In this document: piece after piece, positions 1 through 5,024 of the stretch
Layout of the letters: each line of letters opens with the position of its first letter
Numbering within the stretch: position 1 is the first letter of the stretch
Virus record (IMG/VR): IMGVR_UViG_3300045988_011417
Span: 1-5,732 of that record
Reading direction: 5' to 3' (one strand)
Source: a virus
DNA: 5,732 bases
The notes under the pieces: generated by a model
Seen by the model: only the letters and a program-made list of their open reading frames with translations
Told to the model about the DNA's origin: nothing
The model's database searches: none
Program-made: the position numbers and the translations under genes

Positions 1-119
1 ATTTTTTTTGTTACGTACCCTGCAACATATCTATAGGTTTCCGGTACTGCTTGCGCTATCTGTATTTGACCCATGCCCCATAGGTTTGCTAGCCATTTAC
101 TTGTGAAATATCCGTTATG
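1..119. repeat. Terminal direct repeat, left copy. It is identical to 5614..5732 and is a circular-assembly overlap, not a biological repeat.
   Basis: Base-by-base comparison: attttttttgttacgtaccctgcaacat...gaaatatccgttatg occurs at both ends. It lies inside the Rep coding frame. Confidence 0.97.
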
Positions 120-662
120 CTGTATCTTGTATAGGTGCTCTAGATCTGTTGGCTGCCATCCGTACAGTATCATATGGTAATGCGGCCTTGCTGTTTGTTC
201 TCCGTACTCTCCTGCTATAAAATAGCGTAATTTGCCCCTATAAGCCTTTCTGAGACGTTTTAAGAACTTTTGAACGTCAGTATACATTAACGTTTGGACG
301 CTTTCAGGGCGCTTCTCTCCCGGTTTCCAGACGTATTGTACTTTTCGCATGATTTCGCCTGTGTTTACTATCATACCCGGTACGTGGTCATCGTCATAAG
401 TTAATGTGATAAACCAAACTTCTTCTCTTGGATAGTCTCGTGCTTCTAATTCTATTCGTGTTGTCCAGTCCTCTCTTTGTCTGATTCTGCATCCAATGCA
501 TTGCCCGCATGGTATCAACATGACATTTTTTCTGTACATCAAATCTTCATACTTAAGTTGTTTCCCGCTTATTTCAGAAAAGCGGGCAAGTGTATACACC
601 CGCCCGCTTATGTTCTTGTCTTCCGGGTTGTACAGCCTTATTAATGGCTTGTAACAACTCAT
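1..662 (-). CDS. VP4: Replication initiation protein VP4 (HUH rolling-circle endonuclease, phiX174 gpA-like), N-terminal part. The full CDS is complement(join(5256..5613,1..662)), 339 aa.
   Basis: Hand translation from ATG 662..660 gives MSCYKPLIRLYNPEDKNISGRVYTLARFSE...MLIPCGQCIGCRIRQREDWTTRIELEA...EVWFITLTYDDDHVP...YFIAGEYGEQTARPHYHMILYGWQP...WLANLWGMGQIQ. It is open to position 1, with an upstream in-frame stop at 674..672. It carries a CxxCxxC cluster, RCR motif 1 (FITLTY) and motif 2 (HYH). The frame continues seamlessly into the 5256..5687 ORF through the 119-nt overlap. The ORF track misses it because it runs off the window edge. Confidence 0.95.
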   Translation of the reverse strand, partial: MSCYKPLIRLYNPEDKNISGRVYTLARFSEISGKQLKYEDLMYRKNVMLIPCGQCIGCRIRQREDWTTRIELEARDYPREEVWFITLTYDDDHVPGMIVNTGEIMRKVQYVWKPGEKRPESVQTLMYTDVQKFLKRLRKAYRGKLRYFIAGEYGEQTARPHYHMILYGWQPTDLEHLYKIQHNGYFTSKWLANLWGMGQIQIAQAVPETYRYVAGYVTKK

Positions 663-1522
663 TTCAAATAATCACCCGGCTTTCGTTTTTCTCCGTAGCT
701 TCCTGTTTTGTCTTGTGGCTTCATGCTTCTGCTCTGTTCTGTGCCTTTTCTTGTCTTTGCCGTTGCATCTGTAATAGCCTTGCTTGTGTCGTTTCCGACT
801 TCTGTAAGCGCTTTTTGCAGTCCGTATGGCGTCATGTGTGTTGTACTGAGCATTTGTTGCCAGCTTTGTGCTGCGTTGTACCAGTCACTTTGGCTCCAGC
901 TGCTGCTTTCGTATGCGTTAGGTACAAACCCTCCGCTTCTGCTTACTCCTAGTGCGCTGCTGCTTGCAAGTCCCATACTTGCGCCGCTGATTGTTCCCGC
1001 GCTTCCACCCGGTGTGCTTGCGCCACCATTTGCGAATGCTAAGATAGGGTTAAGCCCTGCTTTTTTCATGTCTTCAACGGCTCGCTGGTATGCTGTGCTT
1101 GACATGTGTTCTTGCCATTCACGGTTTGCAGCTGCTTCTGCACTGTTGTAGTTCATTGCTACGCTGTTTTCAATGTGGTTGTACACGCCTTGCATGATTG
1201 CTTGTAAGGTGTTGTAACCCATCTGCTTAAGCATGCTTTGACTGTTGTATTTGCCTTGCATGGCTGCTTCTTGCCCTTGGTATGCGTATGCCTGTTTTAG
1301 CCAGTCGTTTACCTGCTGAATGTTTGTGCCTGCTTGGCTTCCACTTTCAGAGTGTCCGCCGCCTTGGCTTGTGCTGCCGCCGCTACTTTGGCTATTGCCT
1401 GTTTGTCCCCATCCGCCAAACGCTCCGGCTATGTTTTTAGCTGCTCCTGCAAAAGTTCCGATTGTGTTTGCTACGTTTCCCGCTACGTTTAGTGCTGTTA
1501 AGAGTCCCGAAAATGCGCTCAT
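659..1522 (-). CDS. VP2: VP2 minor capsid / DNA pilot protein (gpH analogue), 287 aa.
   Basis: ATG at 1522..1520. The N-terminal region is Gly/Ser/Gln-rich and low in complexity. The central segment REWQEHMSSTAYQRAVEDMKKAGLNPILAF matches the conserved gokushovirus VP2 core as I recall it. It sits directly downstream of VP1. Its TGA stop (661..659) overlaps the Rep ATG (662..660) as ATGA. Confidence 0.85.
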   Translation of the reverse strand: MSAFSGLLTALNVAGNVANTIGTFAGAAKNIAGAFGGWGQTGNSQSSGGSTSQGGGHSESGSQAGTNIQQVNDWLKQAYAYQGQEAAMQGKYNSQSMLKQMGYNTLQAIMQGVYNHIENSVAMNYNSAEAAANREWQEHMSSTAYQRAVEDMKKAGLNPILAFANGGASTPGGSAGTISGASMGLASSSALGVSRSGGFVPNAYESSSWSQSDWYNAAQSWQQMLSTTHMTPYGLQKALTEVGNDTSKAITDATAKTRKGTEQSRSMKPQDKTGSYGEKRKPGDYLK

Positions 1523-1550
1523 TTAAAAATAGCCCGGGTTTTGCCCGGGC
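1523..1550 (-). terminator. Candidate intrinsic (probably leaky) terminator or attenuator between VP1 and VP2.
   Basis: The - strand reads GCCCGGG-CAAAA-CCCGGGC, a perfect 7-bp all-GC stem (1550..1544 pairing with 1538..1532) with a 5-nt loop. It is followed immediately by TATTTTTAA (1531..1523). Confidence 0.55.
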
Positions 1551-1561
1551 ATCCTCCTTTC

Positions 1562-3241
1562 TTACAGTTTATACAAGCCCGGTACGCTATACAGCGGCAT
1601 CCGTCTCGTGGTTTTGTTTGCTACGCGGATAGCTCCGAAAAATTGCGGCTCATTCTGCACGATCAATGTTCTTGCAACTTCACTCTTTCCTTCTGCCATC
1701 CATTCTTGCGATAGCGTCGGTACTTTTTCGTAGTTGTCTGCATAGTGCCAGAAATCTAGTGTCCCTTCTGCGTTGCTTCTCATGAGACCGGATACACGGT
1801 TAGGCTTCATCCGGTAGTCTGCCCATGCTTCTTGATAACCGAATGTTTCCTCATCGCTTGCTTTTCCGGTTAACATGATTTCTTTCTTTTTTACCGGTTG
1901 CTCGCCCAGATTTGCAAACTGTGGTACATAATAGTCAAGTCTGTCTTTTCTGCTCCAGAAACGTTCCAAGCCTTGTTGGTAACTGTGATTGTGTCGCACG
2001 CAACAGACACCGATTACAAAGCCGTGCTCTTCAAACGATTTGGTAAAAGAGCTTTCATTGATTGGCGTTACTGACATTGCACCGGTTTCACCGATTGGCG
2101 TGTCTTCGTTCGTCTGCTGTCCGCTGGTCTGCACAATCTGGTTGATGTTTACATGGTATCTGCCACCGCCAAGGTATTCCGGCACCTGTACGGTCTTATC
2201 CGAAATTACTACGTTCCACAGTGCCTGTACCTGTTCGCGGTATCTGCTGCCACCTCTTGCAAGTGCTTCGTAGTACTGCTGTACTGCTACGGCTTTTCTC
2301 AGGTCGTTGATGGTTGTGGCTGTTACACTGCTGAGGTCTGCGCCTAGGTATACGCTGTTTTTTCCATTTCCGGCGATTCCTTCACCCTGTAATTGTAATG
2401 GGAAAGAATTTTTTGCTGCTGCTATTGCGTTTAAGGCACCGTTTGTTTTTAACGGCGTTGTTGTTGGTCTGAAACTACTGATATATAAATCAGTTTCGTT
2501 TTCATTTGTCGAGATTCCCTGGTATGCTTTTACCGATGCATTGCCTTCCATGGGCAGCGTTACTTCCGGTCCGCGCTGAGGATAAGGCAGACAGCTTGTG
2601 AAGTAGTCATGGAATTTGTTTACTGGTAAGCATCTTCCGCCTCTTCTTGCTTGCGAAAGAGTTTTTTCCATTGTTTCGCTTTCTGGGCTTTCGTCCCAGT
2701 ATTCCACGTCTTCACTATCTGTCTTTAATACTGCTGGGTTACCTACATTTTCATCCCTAAAAAATTCATTCCATATCATGACGTATGCTCTGATGGGAAG
2801 TGCGTTGATGGAGAATTCTGCATCAACTTTTGTTGGTACTCCCATGTAGTCCAAAATACTTCCTTCTTGAGGTTTTTTAGCTTCTGTCGTGCCTTTGATT
2901 ATAATTTCTGGTATTTTGTATTCTTTTTTCGGGTTCCATGGTGTTTCATCTGCTTCTCCCATGAATCTTTTGAAATCATTCCACAAAATACGGTTAGGAC
3001 AATAGAAGTAGTAGAAGTCAATAAACGCATCGTCCATTACTGGATATTTCGGTGTGCTCATTCTGATGATTGCTGTCGTATCTACGTTGAAGGTATCGCC
3101 CGGTAATACCTCGTCAACATAGAATGGAATCAGCTTGCCGGAGTCGAACGTTGTTAAAATCGTCTGGTCACGGTTAAAGCGCGTTCGACTCGCTTTCATT
3201 TCTGGAATCTGGCTAAAATGCTGTTCATTGTTTCGATTCAC
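1562..3241 (-). CDS. VP1: VP1 major capsid protein (Microviridae F-protein fold family), 559 aa, GTG start.
   Basis: The N-terminus HFSQIPEMKASRTRFNRDQTILTTFDSGKLIPFYVDEVLPGDTF and the internal INDLRKAVAVQQYYEALARGGSRYREQVQALWNV...VPEYLGGG are hallmark Microviridae VP1 motifs. Codon 3241..3239 is GTG, not ATG. It is preceded by AAAGGAGGGAGAAAA, a strong Shine-Dalgarno site about 7 nt upstream. The next in-frame ATG (codon 15) would remove the conserved FSQIP segment. TAA stop at 1564..1562. Confidence 0.97.
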   Translation of the reverse strand: MNRNNEQHFSQIPEMKASRTRFNRDQTILTTFDSGKLIPFYVDEVLPGDTFNVDTTAIIRMSTPKYPVMDDAFIDFYYFYCPNRILWNDFKRFMGEADETPWNPKKEYKIPEIIIKGTTEAKKPQEGSILDYMGVPTKVDAEFSINALPIRAYVMIWNEFFRDENVGNPAVLKTDSEDVEYWDESPESETMEKTLSQARRGGRCLPVNKFHDYFTSCLPYPQRGPEVTLPMEGNASVKAYQGISTNENETDLYISSFRPTTTPLKTNGALNAIAAAKNSFPLQLQGEGIAGNGKNSVYLGADLSSVTATTINDLRKAVAVQQYYEALARGGSRYREQVQALWNVVISDKTVQVPEYLGGGRYHVNINQIVQTSGQQTNEDTPIGETGAMSVTPINESSFTKSFEEHGFVIGVCCVRHNHSYQQGLERFWSRKDRLDYYVPQFANLGEQPVKKKEIMLTGKASDEETFGYQEAWADYRMKPNRVSGLMRSNAEGTLDFWHYADNYEKVPTLSQEWMAEGKSEVARTLIVQNEPQFFGAIRVANKTTRRMPLYSVPGLYKL

Positions 3242-3636
3242 TTTTCTCCCTCCTTTACTTCAGGTTCTGCTGCTGGTTTTTCTGTTGCCTTTTTCTGCAG
3301 TTCTTCCAGCTTCATTGCGTTTGCCTGTGCGGTCGCGATCATGCGATGATACTCATGAATGTTCTGTGGAAATTCCGTAATATCTGTGTATGTATCGTTT
3401 AATGCTCCTTCTGACAGGCTTTTCAGAAACTGCGGGTCAAAACTTGCTTTTCGGACAATGTTTTTGATATCGCATTCATCCGAATAGCTTTCAATTTCCT
3501 GTTGGATATCGATTGGTGCAGTTTCTTGCAGTACTTCTTCTCCTTTTTCGTCTTTCGTCCAAACGTATTGTTTTCGAAGTTTTTCTCCTGATTCAGAAAA
3601 GAAGGGCTTTTGCCCTTCTTCGTATCGTTTATTCAC
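3238..3636 (-). CDS. VP3: VP3 internal scaffolding protein. The preferred start is GTG 3636..3634 (132 aa). The maximal ORF extends to ATG 3756 (172 aa).
   Basis: It lies immediately upstream of VP1, as in gokushoviruses. It is an acidic protein with ...IESYSDECDIKNIVRKASFDPQFLKSL...TDITEFPQNIHEYHRMIATAQANAMKLEE, resembling the VP3 D-x-D-I-N-x-I-V/R-x-F core. GTG 3636 is preceded by GGGAGGG with an 8-nt spacing and overlaps the upstream TAA (GTGAATAA). Its TGA stop (3240..3238) overlaps the VP1 GTG. The 40-codon extension up to 3756 lies entirely inside the upstream gene in another frame and looks like out-of-frame sequence. Confidence 0.72.
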   Translation of the reverse strand: MNKRYEEGQKPFFSESGEKLRKQYVWTKDEKGEEVLQETAPIDIQQEIESYSDECDIKNIVRKASFDPQFLKSLSEGALNDTYTDITEFPQNIHEYHRMIATAQANAMKLEELQKKATEKPAAEPEVKEGEK

Positions 3637-3868
3637 GCGGCTTGCCCTCCCATACCTTTTCTTTGTCGTTCGTGAACGTGCCAAGTTCATCTTCAAACAT
3701 TGCCAGTTTGAACCCGGTATAGTCTCCCGGTGCCTGTCCGATAAAGGTTTTTTCATCTTTCGCCATTACGTTACACATACGTGCAAAGGTTGCGCTGTTC
3801 TTGCTCTCGCCTACCCATGCGTAGCATTTTGCTACACTGTCCCATAGGCCAAAATATTCATGCTTCAT
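3629..3868 (-). CDS. Small conserved non-structural protein, VP5-like (ORF5 family of gokushoviruses), 79 aa.
   Basis: ATG 3868..3866 is preceded by AAAAGGAGAG about 9 nt upstream. The pattern F-x-x-x-D-S-V-A...N-S-A-T-F-A-R-M...A-P-G-D-Y-x-x-F-x-L-A-x-F-E-D-E-L-G-T-F matches the recalled family signature (D.ka..y..Pf....aA.R.F ... hPeDy.L..lG.fDd.tG). Its position just upstream of VP3 is canonical. Confidence 0.6.
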   Translation of the reverse strand: MKHEYFGLWDSVAKCYAWVGESKNSATFARMCNVMAKDEKTFIGQAPGDYTGFKLAMFEDELGTFTNDKEKVWEGKPRE

Positions 3869-3886
3869 GATATTTACTCTCCTTTT

Positions 3887-4009
3887 TTACAGCCGGATGC
3901 CACCGCGCATAGGTTTCTGGCTGAGGTTGATGGTTTTGGTTTTTCGTGCGGTTACGTTGAACATGCGGCGGTCTTTTGTGCCGTTCATCGTTTTACGATG
4001 TCGTGCCAT
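3887..4009 (-). CDS. Small highly basic DNA-binding/packaging protein (gokushovirus ORF8/VP8-like, functional analogue of phiX174 gpJ), 40 aa.
   Basis: It is not in the ORF track because it is too short. Hand translation gives MARHRKTMNGTKDRRMFNVTARKTKTINLSQKPMRGGIRL*, with ATG 4009..4007 and TAA 3889..3887. Roughly a third of the residues are Arg or Lys. The C-terminal PMRGGIRL matches the ending I recall as typical of this family. The Shine-Dalgarno site GAAGGGAG lies about 8 nt upstream. Confidence 0.8.
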   Translation of the reverse strand: MARHRKTMNGTKDRRMFNVTARKTKTINLSQKPMRGGIRL

Positions 4010-4238
4010 TGTTATACTCCCTTCGTATTAGTTCTAATTCAATGGCATTTGCAAAGCTTTTCATTTGCCAAATTTCATCTACCAGTCTTTTTGCATCCTC
4101 GATGTTTGACACTCTTTTAAGCATTTTGTAATTGCCATCAATTTCTTTGTATTTTCGTTCGAGTAGTTCTTCCAATGCTTCTTTGGTCTGGTCTCGTACA
4201 TTCCATGATTTCATTGCTAGTCCTTCTTTCCAGGTCAT
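3993..4238 (-). CDS. Hypothetical protein, 81 aa (or 73 aa from ATG 4214), predicted helical/coiled-coil and charged.
   Basis: The ORF is on the coding strand, packed between neighbours, and overlaps the next gene by 17 nt. ATG 4238 has no Shine-Dalgarno site. The internal ATG 4214..4212 is preceded by AAGAAGGA with a 6-nt spacing, so the shorter form is more likely. I recognise no motif. Confidence 0.5.
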   Translation of the reverse strand: MTWKEGLAMKSWNVRDQTKEALEELLERKYKEIDGNYKMLKRVSNIEDAKRLVDEIWQMKSFANAIELELIRREYNNGTTS

Positions 4239-4249
4239 TTGTCATTCAT

Positions 4250-4354
4250 TCACTGCCTGTCGTGCAGCACGTGATAAATCTCGTCTAGTTTTTCCAAGAT
4301 TTGTCGCATAACTGCGATTGCGGCCTTGAGGTCTTTAATGCTGATAAGTGCCAT
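4250..4354 (-). CDS. Candidate micro-ORF, 34 aa (MALISIKDLKAAIAVMRQILEKLDEIYHVLHDRQ), amphipathic helix, unknown function.
   Basis: It is below the ORF-track cutoff. ATG 4354..4352 lies 2 nt after the peptidase TAA stop and is preceded by AAAGGGGGTG 7-8 nt upstream. It fills an otherwise unexplained 118-nt gap on the coding strand. TGA stop at 4252..4250. Confidence 0.35.
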   Translation of the reverse strand: MALISIKDLKAAIAVMRQILEKLDEIYHVLHDRQ

Positions 4355-4356
4355 TT

Positions 4357-4746
4357 TTACACCCCCTTTCTGTATTTGCTGGTGCGTACATCGAAGTGCA
4401 CCCAACTTTTGTATACGATAATGCCGCATTCATCCGGTACGATTTCATTCAGTTTATTGGCAAGTTCTTTTGGACTTATTCCATTAACCCGGATGTCTGC
4501 TGCCATACCGCGCATGTGATAGCTGTATTTTGCTCCGCCGCATTTTGCGTTCCATTCTGGTGTTCTGTATCCGCTGGTGATGATTACTGGCTTTCCTATT
4601 TTATGCCGGAGGATGTCTAGAACGGTGTATAGGTAGTCGTCTATGAATACTACTTGACTGCCGTCTTTGCAAGCAAACTCTTTTACTTTGAAGTGTCTTG
4701 CCAGCTTTGTGTTTCCGTCTGTGTCCATGATATAGCTTTTGATCAT
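4357..4746 (-). CDS. Zinc D-Ala-D-Ala carboxypeptidase-fold peptidase, family M15 (Peptidase_M15_3 / LAS type). It is an endolysin-type cell-wall hydrolase of 129 aa from ATG 4746.
   Basis: The motifs are HFKVKEFACKDGS, SGYRTPEWN, GGAKYSYHMRGMAADI (the S-x-H-x-x-G-x-A-x-D zinc site) and WVHFDV (the distal His). Its size is similar to small phage LAS endolysins. The ORF track begins at 4755, but that codon is TTG, only 1 nt after the AAGGAG box. ATG 4746..4744 has AAGGAG 10 nt upstream, so I call that start. Confidence 0.88.
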   Translation of the reverse strand: MIKSYIMDTDGNTKLARHFKVKEFACKDGSQVVFIDDYLYTVLDILRHKIGKPVIITSGYRTPEWNAKCGGAKYSYHMRGMAADIRVNGISPKELANKLNEIVPDECGIIVYKSWVHFDVRTSKYRKGV

Positions 4747-4818
4747 TTCCGTCAAGCTCCTTACATCGAGTATTTTGATTGATATATCAGCAGTCGGTTT
4801 TGCTCCTTTGTTTTGAAT

Positions 4819-4832
4819 GGCGCTTTAGCGCC
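4819..4832. repeat. Mini-hairpin GGCGC-TTTA-GCGCC. It contains the 10-mer CGCTTTAGCG, which recurs at 5026..5035.
   Basis: Perfect 5-bp inverted repeat with a 4-nt loop, read directly. A second copy of the 10-mer lies on the other side of the iteron array. Confidence 0.5.
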
Positions 4833-4891
4833 TTGCCGTGCGTAGCGTATGCGGAGCTCGGCTAATCCATTCCTTTTTAGCGCTGTGCGCG

Positions 4892-4929
4892 TTTTCAACA
4901 CTTTCAACACTTTCAACAGGTTTTCAACA
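4892..4929. repeat. Iteron cluster 1: four direct copies of TTTCAACA.
   Basis: Perfect 8-mers at 4893..4900, 4902..4909, 4911..4918 and 4922..4929, spaced 9, 9 and 11 bp apart. Confidence 0.92.
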
Positions 4930-4964
4930 AAATGTTGCACAATGATTTTCGTTATTTTGACGAA

Positions 4965-5004
4965 GTTTCAACAATTCAACAAGTTTTCAACAAAACTTTC
5001 AACA
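4965..5004. repeat. Iteron cluster 2: three perfect copies and one imperfect copy of TTTCAACA, in direct orientation.
   Basis: Perfect 8-mers at 4966..4973, 4985..4992 and 4997..5004. An imperfect ATTCAACA is at 4974..4981. Spacing is 8, 11 and 12 bp. The orientation is the same as in cluster 1. Confidence 0.92.
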
Positions 5005-5024
5005 GTGTTTTTTGCTTTTTATTT

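Noticed and set aside
552-569. phiX174-origin-like CAACTT on the coding strand inside the Rep gene (CAACTTAAGTATGAAGAT versus CAACTTGATATTAATAAC).
   Set aside because: Only the first 6 nt match, which is expected by chance in 5.6 kb. No adjacent AT-rich spacer or key sequence is present.
590-1526. + strand ORFs 590..952 (120 aa), 708..1151 (147 aa) and 1320..1526 (68 aa), with Cys/Leu/Phe/Pro-rich hydrophobic translations that could be mistaken for membrane or lysis proteins.
   Set aside because: They lie antisense to the well-supported VP2 and VP4 genes. Their composition is what the complement of a Gly/Ser/Ala/Gln-rich gene gives. They have no Shine-Dalgarno sites. Microviridae transcribe only one strand.
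1989-3380. + strand ORFs inside or antisense to VP1 and VP3: 1989..2273, 2153..2347, 2307..2579, 2616..2849, 2867..3106 and 3135..3380.
   Set aside because: They are antisense shadows of the VP1 and VP3 coding frames, with low-complexity hydrophobic translations and no motifs or ribosome-binding sites.
3513-4620. + strand ORFs 3513..3722, 3860..4120, 4301..4519 and 4348..4620.
   Set aside because: They lie antisense to VP3, the VP5-like gene, the VP8-like gene, the 81-aa ORF and the peptidase. The argument is the same as above.
4753-4755. TTG start of the peptidase, as implied by the ORF track.
   Set aside because: The AAGGAG box ends 1 nt before this TTG, which is too close. ATG 4746 sits 10 nt from the box, so I call that start instead.
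4892-5004. CRISPR array or tandem-repeat satellite interpretation of the TTTCAACA repeats.
   Set aside because: The repeats are only 8-9 bp with 0-4 bp between them. There are no spacer-sized unique segments and no cas genes. The layout is iteron- or operator-like instead.
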